The notes: generated by a model from the sequence alone, not told the origin. A DNA stretch of 56,138 bases, filler included, from Sphacelaria rigidula (GCA_964200075.2; 4 parts of 4 records of this genome joined end to end with filler, not necessarily neighbours in it); one strand, 5' to 3'; counted from the first letter of the whole stretch, positions 1-9,284 are shown. Program-made: numbers and translations.

Positions 1-211
1 ATGAGAAAGCGAAACTTGCCTCGCGTAACCTCATTTTACTCTTAGTAAATATTTCATTTTGGTTTTGGACACTCGGAAAGCGAACTTGCCTCGCGTAACC
101 TAATTTTACTCTTAGTAAATATTTCGTTTTGGTTTTGGAGAATGAGAAAGCGAAACTTGCCTCGCTAACCTAATTTTATTACTCTTATAAATATTTCATT
201 TTGGTTTTGGA
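1..211. repeat. ~70-bp tandem repeat, 3 copies (possibly truncated by contig start)
   Basis: Unit GAAAGCGA(A)ACTTGCCTCGC(G)TAACCT.ATTTTA..CTCTTA(G)TAAATATTTC.TTTTGGTTTTGGA at ~1-70, 71-140 and 141-211. Confidence 0.95.
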
Positions 212-280
212 AAACTACCATACAATATCCCTTTCTCCCGATATTTCTAGAATGGTCTCTGTCCGCCTAGTAGAAAACCG

Positions 281-688
281 CTAAAAGTGACACTCTTCCC
301 ACGTGTAATTAACGTTTCGTTTTGGTTGGCCGGGTAGTAAGCCAAGTGTGAGCTTGGAATGAAGACGTGAAGCGTTGTCGAGTTGTGTCTTGTCGAGTTG
401 TGTCTTAACAGGAGGGCGCATGGGCTTACGAATTAACGGGGGAACTCGACTATCGAAAAAGGATACAAAAGTTGGCGTGTAATGGTCGACCGTGGACGAC
501 GGCGTTTTCCCTCCTTCAAGTTTCATGATACCATCGTCTGTCTTCTTGTGGCGGTTGAAGACACGTTTGTGTGTGGAAACTTGGTAGCCTGGCTGCAAGC
601 CACGCTCGGTTGTACAGGGGGGTGCCCATATGTTGTTGCCATGACGGAAATAGGAAGTTGTGTCATGCGTGTGCGAGCCACCAGCCAC
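281..688 (-). pseudogene. Possible degenerate ORF with a NUMOD4-like motif
   Basis: GTG-started 135-codon frame. PGYQVSTHKRVFN resembles the NUMOD4 YxVSNxGRVxN motif. Contains a 15-bp duplication (KTQLD x2). No HNH motif seen. Confidence 0.25.
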
Positions 689-930
689 AATTTAAAACTA
701 TTTAGAATATCCGGCTGAAAATGCGCCGCAAATAAACAGCTGGTCGTGAGTTGTATTAGTTTTGTTTTAATATTGTATTAAGTGCATCTGTAATGTTTCT
801 GTCGAACAAACTCTCATCAAATGGTTTGCCTTAAAGGATAATCTCGCCTATGGAAGGGAATTTCGGGACGATCCCAAACATTTGGGCGTGGAAAATAAAG
901 TGTCTGTGGTCCGCGATGCCACTAGTGTCG

Positions 931-1863
931 TCAAACAATCGTAGCTAGTGTCAAAGAAACTCGGAAAGTATTGCTGTTAATGGGTCCCCCAACAATATTA
1001 TACCCAAAACGCAAACTTCTTTGAGGTATGTTGGGACCAGCGGGTTTGTGAATCCTGGACTCCGCGCCGACTCTGTTGTAAGTCATTCCCTGGATTTGAG
1101 CAACCAAATGTTCCAGGTACCTGTGTGTGTCTTCGTCATCACGTTGCGGATCATTGTGTAATATGAAGCCTAGATACATCTGTAAGGTTGAGCTGGTGCT
1201 TGACTCCATGACATGAAGACTTGTCATGACCAATCTACGCATCGTTCGTCGCATTGATGCAGCAAGGGCCTGTGCTATCGAGGTTTCGAACGCAAAATGA
1301 AATGAATTGTTTGGCCTACTCATCATCCGATCTACAATGGGGTCTAGGGAAAATATCGAATTTGGCGCCGCGTGTATCGTAACAAAGCTCACGTCCTCGT
1401 GAAACCTGTTTAAGTATACCGGAACATCGCCGGACAATCTGATATACATATGAGAATTTCCGTAGTAACTGTACATTGCGTCCGACAGGTCCTGCGTCAG
1501 ATGAAGCACGAGGGTAAGACCCATAGGTGTGTAAGCCATGGCCAGAGCTCGTAGGGATCTTCCATTGGCACCGTATCGGCGAGGCCTCTCCAACAAACTT
1601 CCGTCAAATATGCTTATGTCATAATATGGAGTAAGCATAACGCGAGGTGCTACACTACCAGGAATGGCAATTGGAAGTGGACCACCAACAGGTTGATATT
1701 CATCCACCATAGCCTGGATTTCTGGCATTAGGTTGTCGTACACATGGTTCCGAATTGGTGAAGGCGCGGCCGGGTCGGATCGTGCCGCGTAAATTCTACG
1801 AGCATCAAATACAAATTGCGCGTTTGCATAATCGACTGGTGATATTATATTATTGGCCGCCAT
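931..1863 (-). CDS. Orphan viral hypothetical protein (~310 aa), lower GC3 than neighbours
   Basis: Long uninterrupted ORF. First ATG is at 1863 (MAANNIISPVDY...); the ORF track start at 1920 is a TTG. Globular composition, no recognised motif. Confidence 0.75.
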   Translation of the reverse strand: MAANNIISPVDYANAQFVFDARRIYAARSDPAAPSPIRNHVYDNLMPEIQAMVDEYQPVGGPLPIAIPGSVAPRVMLTPYYDISIFDGSLLERPRRYGANGRSLRALAMAYTPMGLTLVLHLTQDLSDAMYSYYGNSHMYIRLSGDVPVYLNRFHEDVSFVTIHAAPNSIFSLDPIVDRMMSRPNNSFHFAFETSIAQALAASMRRTMRRLVMTSLHVMESSTSSTLQMYLGFILHNDPQRDDEDTHRYLEHLVAQIQGMTYNRVGAESRIHKPAGPNIPQRSLRFGYNIVGGPINSNTFRVSLTLATIV

Positions 1864-1927
1864 ATTGTGTAGAGTTACTCGCTTCAAATATATTTTTTCT
1901 GATATGAGTAGGTTTACCAATCAATGG

Positions 1928-2362
1928 AATGGCTTCGCCCAAGTCGCTTTGCGTTTTTAGTTGAAAGCTTTCAGTTTCAAATGCCATAAGGAATATCTTT
2001 GAACCCGCAGGGGCCCCGTGAATCACAAAGGAGGGGTATGTTTTCTAGTGAGCAAGAAAAATCTTTCAACGTATATTAGTCACCCCATTTTACACAAATG
2101 TCATTTTACCCCCCTTCAATGGCTTCGCCCAAGTCGCTTTGCGTTTTTAGTTGAAAGCTTTCAGTTTCAAATGCCATAAGGAATATCTTTGAACCAGCAG
2201 GGGCCCCGTGAATCACAAAGGAGGGGTATGTTTTTTAGTGAGCAAGAAACATCTTTCAAATGGGGATTTATGAAGGCAAAAGCTTTCAATTGCATGGAGG
2301 TCTGAAAAACACCCGTTTTTTAGTCACCCCATTTTACACAAGTGTCATTTTACCCCCCTTCA
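1928..2362. repeat. ~190-bp direct duplication, second copy with a ~60-bp insertion/replacement
   Basis: AATGGCTTCGCCCAAGTCGCTTTGCG... starts at 1928 and 2118. TTAGTCACCCCATTTTACACAA.TGTCATTTTACCCCCCTTCAA closes both copies (~2077-2119 and ~2320-2363). Confidence 0.95.
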
Positions 2363-3193
2363 AGGAAAAAAACTGAGGGAAATTGGGCGAAATTCTCCTT
2401 TCAAAGTTTTGTCGTCAGGGATCCAAAACGCTTCAATCCCAACGCCGCCAACAAAATCCTTGCTGATGGTCACAAGCTCTCCTTGGAAAACGCAGACAGC
2501 AAACTCGTCGATCGTCTCGGGCCCGAGCTGAACCTCTTTCGCGTAAGGCGAATTCAACCACGCCCTCAGACTCTCCTCGTTCTTGATGACGTCATACTTG
2601 CCGTTTGGGCCCCACGTTCGGAGCTGCCCGTCACTCATCTTGAGCTTGAAGTTGTTCTTGTTGAACCTGTACAACGCAGACCTGACCGCGTTGAAGGATT
2701 CCTGCGTCCTTGGGATCTTTAGAGACTGGTCGTCGACGTTGGTGTCGTCGTCATCCTTGTGTCCTCCTTCCTGGTTTCGCTCCATCACGCGAACCTTGGC
2801 GCGCAACGAAGTTACTTCCCCCGTCAAGTCCGCCAACTTCGCCGTCATGTCGCGGAATAGCTTGGCAAACAGCATCTTCTGTTCCGCTACGTACTCCATC
2901 TTCTCCTTCTCCATCGCCACCATTTCTTCGCGGAAGACGTCTAGATCGTCGCGGGATGCAACCCACATGGAGAAAGGAATTTTTTTGTCTTCGGCGACGC
3001 GGTCGTTGCGCTTGTGCCATACATCGATCAGGGAACCCAGCCTTGTAAGACCCTGTGGACCGAGCTGGCGAATCAAGTCCTTGGTATTCAATCCGGCTGC
3101 AACCCTTGAACGGTTAGCACTGGAGTTCTCGGCGGCGGAAGTCATTTCCGACGGGGTGTTCTCGTTGTTCTCCGTGTTCAACACATCCGCCAT
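2360..3193 (-). CDS. Viral hypothetical protein with central coiled coil (277 aa)
   Basis: ATG preceded by an A-rich leader (AAAAAAATAAACGATG), high-GC3 codon usage, heptad-rich segment EEMVAMEKEK...VTSLRAKVRVMERN. Confidence 0.8.
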   Translation of the reverse strand: MADVLNTENNENTPSEMTSAAENSSANRSRVAAGLNTKDLIRQLGPQGLTRLGSLIDVWHKRNDRVAEDKKIPFSMWVASRDDLDVFREEMVAMEKEKMEYVAEQKMLFAKLFRDMTAKLADLTGEVTSLRAKVRVMERNQEGGHKDDDDTNVDDQSLKIPRTQESFNAVRSALYRFNKNNFKLKMSDGQLRTWGPNGKYDVIKNEESLRAWLNSPYAKEVQLGPETIDEFAVCVFQGELVTISKDFVGGVGIEAFWIPDDKTLKGEFRPISLSFFP

Positions 3194-3400
3194 CGTTTAT
3201 TTTTTTGAACGAGGTGAAACTTTTAGTGAGGCGAGGGATGAGAGTGAATAGTTGGGGGGGGGTGACAAGAAATTTTTTCAAGAGGCAAAGAAATATTTTT
3301 TTGTATTTTCGCGAAGCCTAAGTTTTTTTTTTTTAATTCTATTAAAATTTATTTCTTTACAACGTTCTCATGTACAATTTTTCTATTCCGAACCTTTTTG

Positions 3401-5473
3401 TCAACACCCGATGACCCCGAGAGAAACCAGTGAATTCCATTCGTTCTTGTCGTTGCCGTACCCGACGAACTTCATTTTGGAGACTCGGTCGACGTCGATG
3501 TCGACTGACTGGACCCCCTTCATCAGGCGAGACTCGCCGTCCACGACTATATCTTCCCACGCCTCAGCGCCTTCCCTTTGTACCGCAATGTCATACTTCT
3601 GGACACGCTCGTTTCCCTCGTACACCGCGAACTCGACTTCGGCTACATAAGAAGGCTCCTTCATCAGCAATGTTACGTCACACAACGACTTCGAATCCTC
3701 GGGTTTGCAGCTCCAACGAGTCTTGAGATCCTTGCCTACAAGATTTTCAACCTTGTTGCCGTCGTCCGCGGATGCCTTGAGTTCTGCAATCTCCAGCTCA
3801 AAAGTGTCGCACTCGTTCTCTTCTCCTGCGGGGTCGTCGTGAGCGACTTCGTCACAGTTGTCTGTGCAGACCATGACCTCTGTGATGCTGTTCCATTCGT
3901 CTTCCGAGTTCCCGTTCCCGAAAATCGTCACTCGCTTCAAATTCGTAGACTTCTCCATCGTAAACTTCTGCAGACCTGTGGACTTTCCAGAGGACTTCAT
4001 CTTCAGCAGCAGCGGCTTCCCGTCGCCGTAGACGTCGAAGAATTGCTGCCTCTTGTCTCCCTTGTAGAAGCTCATCTCCAAAGACTTGACGGGCTCCTCC
4101 TTCACAAACTCAATCGCCAACCAAGCACCTTTTCCTTTCTTGGACCAGCGTGTGACGGCGTTCCCATCGACAGCGTTGTGGGGAGGGTTTCCGTCGTGAC
4201 CGGAAGACGTAGACGCCTTGATCTTGGCAGGGTTGCACTTGGAATCCTCGGAATTTATGGAATCCTCGGAATTCTTGGAATCCTTCGAATCCTTCGATTC
4301 CGTGGTCACCTCAATCGCCGGACCTTTTTGTTGTTCTTCTTCGTCCGTTGTCTTCCTGCCGTGGGTGCTAACCTTTCCCGGCGTGATCCAAGGGATGTCT
4401 CTCATGGACTGACACGCGTCCTCTATCCCAGTCAACGCGTCCGATTTTGATTTCAAGACGCATTCGCCCTTGCACTCATTCTCGCAAAGGTTGTGATCGT
4501 CCCCTGTCATGACCTTGACGGAAGAGTGCGTCGTTTTGCTGAATATGTTGCCGTATACCTCGTTGTTGACGCCGTAGACCTTGCCATCGATGGTGTGTCC
4601 TCCTATACGGATTCCAGCTCCATCGCAGTCGAGAACCTCGTTGTAGCGGAAGATGATGTCGTCTGTCCTGGAGTCGAGACACGCTGAATTAGGATCCCTC
4701 TGGTCCGAACACACGTTGTACTCGACGAGGACGTCCGTCGTGCCTTCTTTGACGTCGACGCACTCGTTGCCCTGAGAGTCGATTTCATTCTCGTGGATCC
4801 AGATGTACTTGGACAGGTCCGGGCCGGCCCTGGAATTCTTGCCGTCGTCCCACTGGTTCGAACTCGTCCCGACGTAAATGGCCTCTCCGTTGACGGATGT
4901 GGACTCGAACGAGAAGTCGTGGCGTCCACAGCCCTCGATCTTGTTACCTACAACTTCGGCGTTCGTGATGAAGCTTCGAAGACGGAGGCATTCTCCTCCG
5001 CACTCCTTGAGGTGCATGTTGCTCACGACCATGCCGTCTAGAGAAGACTCATACTCTGCCCCGTTCTCGCGTACGGCTTCGGGAGGATTCGTTCCAAGAA
5101 CATACACACACTTGTCGACAAAATCCTCGGGCTTGGAGCCGTCGGACGACGACGACAAACCGCTTGCTGTGAATCCGTCGAGGGTAATGTACGAGTGATT
5201 GATCTCGATCATGCGAGAGTTGGACTTGCCGTGCACAACAGCCTTTCGGGATCCCGTGATTGTGATTCTGTTTTCTGGGGTTCCATCTCGGACAGACTTG
5301 AAGTCTTGCGCGTATTCGCCGTCCCCTAGGACTACCGTGTCGCCCGGCTGGGCTTCGTCCACCGCAGCCTGAATGGATTCTTTGGGTGTGACATTGATCG
5401 TGGCGCATTCCGATGAGAAGCCTTTCCAGCCGAGGGCCAGCACAAGAAACTTGAAAAAAGTATCCTGGTGCAT
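3401..5473 (-). CDS. Secreted right-handed beta-helix (pectin-lyase-fold) polysaccharide-active enzyme with two C-terminal F5/8 type C (CBM32-like) modules; candidate alginate lyase/epimerase (690 aa)
   Basis: Signal peptide MHQDTFFKFLVLALGWKGFSSECA from ATG 5473. N-cap SIQAAVDEAQPGDTVVLGDGEY and PbH1-like turns (GEAIYVG, IWIHENEI, VLVEYNV, IIFRYNEV). Two Cys-bracketed modules, DGNPPHNAVDGNAVTRWS...GNGNSEDEWNSITEV (~3866-4237) and DDGNKVENLVGKDLKTRWS...GYGNDKNEWNSLV (~3404-3811). S/K/D/E linker of 9-bp repeats at ~4240-4300. Confidence 0.88.
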   Translation of the reverse strand: MHQDTFFKFLVLALGWKGFSSECATINVTPKESIQAAVDEAQPGDTVVLGDGEYAQDFKSVRDGTPENRITITGSRKAVVHGKSNSRMIEINHSYITLDGFTASGLSSSSDGSKPEDFVDKCVYVLGTNPPEAVRENGAEYESSLDGMVVSNMHLKECGGECLRLRSFITNAEVVGNKIEGCGRHDFSFESTSVNGEAIYVGTSSNQWDDGKNSRAGPDLSKYIWIHENEIDSQGNECVDVKEGTTDVLVEYNVCSDQRDPNSACLDSRTDDIIFRYNEVLDCDGAGIRIGGHTIDGKVYGVNNEVYGNIFSKTTHSSVKVMTGDDHNLCENECKGECVLKSKSDALTGIEDACQSMRDIPWITPGKVSTHGRKTTDEEEQQKGPAIEVTTESKDSKDSKNSEDSINSEDSKCNPAKIKASTSSGHDGNPPHNAVDGNAVTRWSKKGKGAWLAIEFVKEEPVKSLEMSFYKGDKRQQFFDVYGDGKPLLLKMKSSGKSTGLQKFTMEKSTNLKRVTIFGNGNSEDEWNSITEVMVCTDNCDEVAHDDPAGEENECDTFELEIAELKASADDGNKVENLVGKDLKTRWSCKPEDSKSLCDVTLLMKEPSYVAEVEFAVYEGNERVQKYDIAVQREGAEAWEDIVVDGESRLMKGVQSVDIDVDRVSKMKFVGYGNDKNEWNSLVSLGVIGC

Positions 5474-5545
5474 GTTCAAATGTTCAAAATGTTCAAATGG
5501 TAGCATCAAATATTTTTATGTCCCCTGTTTTTACGCACAAGTTTC

Positions 5546-6232
5546 TCACGCAGAAGACCCAACCACTTCTACAGCATCCACAGCATCCACATCATCCACA
5601 TCATCCGAGACGTCCTCGCTCAAGGCGCTCGACACGCTCGAGTCTGAGTCATCATCACTATCAACGACCCGACTGTAGCCGAGTTCGTCGAGAGTAGCCT
5701 TGGAGGCTGCAGCATCATCTGTTATTCCTTGGACCTTCAGCACTACGGAACCTAAGGAAGCAATGGCAAGCTCCAATATCACAGAAGCGCCTTCGTGAAC
5801 ATCAGCAATGCTCAACACCACCCGCTCCATAGAGGTCTTCACGGACAGTAACTTGGAAGATGCCTCAAGCCCACTACGGACGACGCACCCCATCTTTTCA
5901 ACCACAGGCTTCATTGCTACGACCTTGTCCGGGTTGCACTCCGCAGGAGACTTCATCATCTTCCTGCATGAGCAGCGAAAAGAGCGGGTCCAACACTTGG
6001 TGTGGACAACCCTGTGAGTGCTGCACCTGCACTCGTAGCATGAGAGGGACATCCTGCTAAGTATACTGTCCGAGAGTTCCTCTCTGCAGATGACGCACGA
6101 GGTGCTCTTAATAGCATCCCCCAACCGCTGGATTTTTAGATCCTTCTTCGCCGCGTTCAGCCTCATTTCCAGTAGAGCAACTTCGGCCTCCATTTCGGAA
6201 GCATCGCGCTTGGTCCCGGACGAGGAAGACAT
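5546..6232 (-). CDS. RINGv (C4HC3)-like zinc-finger protein with coiled coils and acidic tail (228 aa)
   Basis: CVIC...CRC-x6-H-x2-C-x6-CSC pattern, N-terminal coiled coil and D/S/V-rich C-terminus. Confidence 0.7.
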   Translation of the reverse strand: MSSSSGTKRDASEMEAEVALLEMRLNAAKKDLKIQRLGDAIKSTSCVICREELSDSILSRMSLSCYECRCSTHRVVHTKCWTRSFRCSCRKMMKSPAECNPDKVVAMKPVVEKMGCVVRSGLEASSKLLSVKTSMERVVLSIADVHEGASVILELAIASLGSVVLKVQGITDDAAASKATLDELGYSRVVDSDDDSDSSVSSALSEDVSDDVDDVDAVDAVEVVGSSA

Positions 6233-6347
6233 CTCTCTAAAAACGTGGGAAATGGGAAAAAGTGGGAGCGGCGGGGGTCTAGTCCTAAGGGGGTTCGCAG
6301 ACAGCGTTTTTTTAGGGGTACCAGGTGGAATTTAAAAAATATTTCCA

Positions 6348-7405
6348 CTACTGAGGTATCTTGAGCTTGGTCCGGATGGCTTCCTCGATGATGTCCTCGT
6401 CGCGCTCGTAGTAGCAGTTTTCGTAGATGGGGCGCCCGTGGAAAAGCGTCTGCCTCTTGATGAACGCGTTCCAGTCGGCCGGGAGGTTGTACTTCTTCTT
6501 GTACAAGTTCCTCATCATCTTCCCGATTTGCCCCGAGGTAGCCGGAGGAACACGCACCTTCATCTTGGCCGCGACCACGACTATTCCGGTTTCGTGTCCC
6601 CTTTCCGCCGCGCTAAGCACGTGCGTAGGCGTCGCGGGGTCTTGGGTAACGCAAATCTTGGTGCTTGCTTGAGTCGACGACTTCTCTTCAATTGCGAGGT
6701 CCCTCTTGGTGAGAAGACAGACATTGTCCCTGATTTCGATCTTGGTACGGTCGTCGAGAACCACGCCGATGTCCATCATGGTCTTGTAGCTTTAACCATG
6801 TCGTTGCATCGCTGTCTCTTGATGTCCTGCCTTCGTTCTTCCAGCGTAAGCTCAACTACTTTCTTCGCCACCACTCTGCGGTCATCATTGTCGAGGAATC
6901 GGAATCCCGCCGGCATGTCATTGTAAGCTTCGACTTCCATTGGTGTGTCATGGTTGTCGATGTGGTTGAACGAGTCTTTCTCGGAGTTCGCAAGAAGAAA
7001 ATTCTGCGTGGCACGACCTTCTGCGGTGCTTTGAAGTTCCGCGCGACGTTTCTCTATCTCGGTCACAAGAGTTGTGTCTCCACCCAGAAGACGGCAGACC
7101 TTGGCGGCGCCCTTGCGGCGGAAGTCGCGGGCGATTTTACCGGGGAGATTGAAGACGATCTCGACGAGCGTTTTGGCGTCCGCCACCGGGGTAAGCTTGC
7201 CTTTGCCGTTGATTCGGAGTTGGGTACAGGCTGCCCCTAGCTCTGCCCCCAACTCGGCAGAGTCCTCTTTCAGTCGGCGAAAAGCTGTCTTTGCAGAAGT
7301 AGAGTCGCAACCGAGCACCATCCGAAGCACGTCGAGGACGCTCCCTTGTTGAGTAGCGGTGTCCACGCGGATGGTGGCGTTCTCCATCTTGTCGATGATG
7401 TCCAT
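6348..7405 (-). pseudogene. Bro-N-like DNA-binding protein of NCLDV type, split by a 1-nt frameshift near 6790
   Basis: N-terminal IRVD..QQGSVLDVL...GKGKLTPVADAKTLVEIVFNLPGKIARDFRR...CRLLGGD motif. Minus-strand sequence GAC ATG GTT AAA GCT ACA AGA CCA TGA; restoring one base gives DMVxSYKTMMDIGVVLDDRTKIEIRD, joining ORFs 6776-7405 and 6348-6779. Confidence 0.7.
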
Positions 7406-7435
7406 TTGGTATTCTCAGGGTTTGATCCTATTTTG

Positions 7436-7940
7436 TTGTTTCCGGTGGGGTTGTTCGAAAATGTTGTGACCTACACATGTCCTACATGCTGTCCATCCTG
7501 GATTGTCTAGATCAGTGAAGTATGTGCGGTGCCGTCGTCGATGATGTCGCTTTGGAAGTCATAAACTGAGACATGATATAGATGTTAACAAATGCGCATT
7601 CTTTATCGATGACATGATCAACATTTCTGGTGCGGTTGTTCGGAATTGTGACCTCCTGGATTGTCTAGATCAGTGAAGTATGTGCGGTGCCGTCGTCGAT
7701 GATGTCGGTTTGGAAGTCATAAACTGAGACATGATAAAGATGTTAACAAAAACGCATTTGTTGTCGATGACATGATCAACATTTCTGGTGCGGTTGTTCG
7801 GAATTGTGACCTCCTGGATTGTCTAGATCAGTGAAGTATGTGCGGTGCCGTCGTCGATGATGTCGATTTGGAAGTTATAAACTGAGACATGATATAGATG
7901 TTAACAAAAACGCATTCGTTGTTTATGACATGATCGACAT
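7436..7940. repeat. 158-bp tandem repeat, ~3 copies
   Basis: CCTGGATTGTCTAGATCAGTGAAGTATGTGCGGTGCCGTCGTCGATGATGTCG... begins at 7497, 7655 and 7813 (exact 158-bp period). A degenerate partial unit lies at ~7436-7472. Confidence 0.97.
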
Positions 7941-8065
7941 GATAGCGAACCAGTCTTCCCGGATGATAACATCGACTACACGCTGACCAAAAACAATCCA
8001 TGGTTGGTCATGTCTGCAAAGATTCCTTAAATAATGTGACATTATATGCATACATATCTCCAAGC

Positions 8066-9284
8066 ATGGCTCAAAGGAAGAGCAGGCGGATTGCGGCCAG
8101 GAGCGTGGGGTTTGGACGAGAAATCCGAGACGACCCGATGGTGGAGATTGCTTCGTATGGTGATAGGACTTTCAATTGGAACAAAGACACCCGTGGGAGG
8201 TACAGCTGCACGCCGACCAACGTGAGCTACCGTGTGTTGGGTCAGCCTGGAGTTCCTTGTCCCATAGAGGCGAGAATCCCGGAACACAATGTAGGCCCAG
8301 ACGGAGCACCCAGCCTTTGCTGTACTTCAAAACAGGGTCCAGCTAGTCATGAAGAATCTTTGTGGTTTCTGAGAACATTGAAGGCCGTCGATCAGGGCAA
8401 CTTTTTCAATTCCTCACAGCTTGAGGAGAATCCTGAACTGGATCAATCTCCCGACCAACGTCTCTGATGTCGGTGTCGTAAACCCTAATCCGAAAGTATC
8501 GATTATTCTACACTCCAACAGAGAGAAGTATTTGGACGTGCTGAAGTTCGCGATGATGTCTCAGTCACAGATAGCGTTGGGCGTGCGTTTACCGAACTCC
8601 GCTCAGTTTGAGTCTTTCTACCGCAACAATAACGGTACATCAGTGGTTATCGTAGAGAGTTCCCCGCTGTACGCCGACATCGTGCGGGTTATAAATGAAA
8701 CCGGTCTTGGCAGTGGGCGCTGTGCGTTGGTGGTGACTACACCGTACGCCCAGCAGATGGTCCGCGTTGATCCGGTACACGCGGGGGTCCTACAAATCAC
8801 TAACGACCCAGCGAGGTCAAGGTGTGTTGATGTAGCGGACATCGTGCAACATATTCGCCATGGCAATACTCAGCGTTGGAGGAATCAAAGGCGAACGATT
8901 TCGAATGCGTTCGCTGTGCTACGAACAACCACCAACGTCGACGCCGAGCTTATGTCGTTGTTTCAGGTCATGAAAGTTATGGACTCTTTGACGTTTCATC
9001 TTTGGTCCCAATCGGTCGAGGTGAGGCTCGCGCTGCACACCGGCCATGTGGTACCCGCGGGGTAAACTGGTATGAGTTTCCAAGCTGGTGACATTCATAG
9101 AATTGGCCAAGCCATGGCCGCTACTCAGCCAAGTTCGGGTTATCTCAACTTCGGGGATAATCCCGGTGTAGACGAAGATTTTTCCTTCAGATACAGACAC
9201 GGTCCTGGGTTTTGGATCCAAGTGGAGTTATATTGGGATATGGTGGCTGACACACTTCGCCTTATTATGATGAGAGTACATTAG
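8066..9284 (+). pseudogene. Orphan viral gene (~405 codons) disrupted by a frameshift at ~8381 and an in-frame TAA at 9063-9065
   Basis: ATG at 8066 (MAQRKSRR). Removing one A at 8381-8382 joins LWFLRTL to RPSIRATFSIPHSLRRILNW. ORFs 8421-9065 and 9072-9284 are in the same frame, separated only by TAA ACT GGT. Confidence 0.65.

Noticed and set aside
6780-6800. Programmed -1 ribosomal frameshift in the Bro-N-like gene
   Set aside because: There is no canonical X XXY YYZ slippery heptamer, and the -1 frame has TAA at the slip position. A simple indel is more parsimonious.
1-7940. Viral repeat arrays as CRISPR-like arrays
   Set aside because: Units are contiguous near-identical tandem copies with no unique spacers, and no cas-like genes are present.
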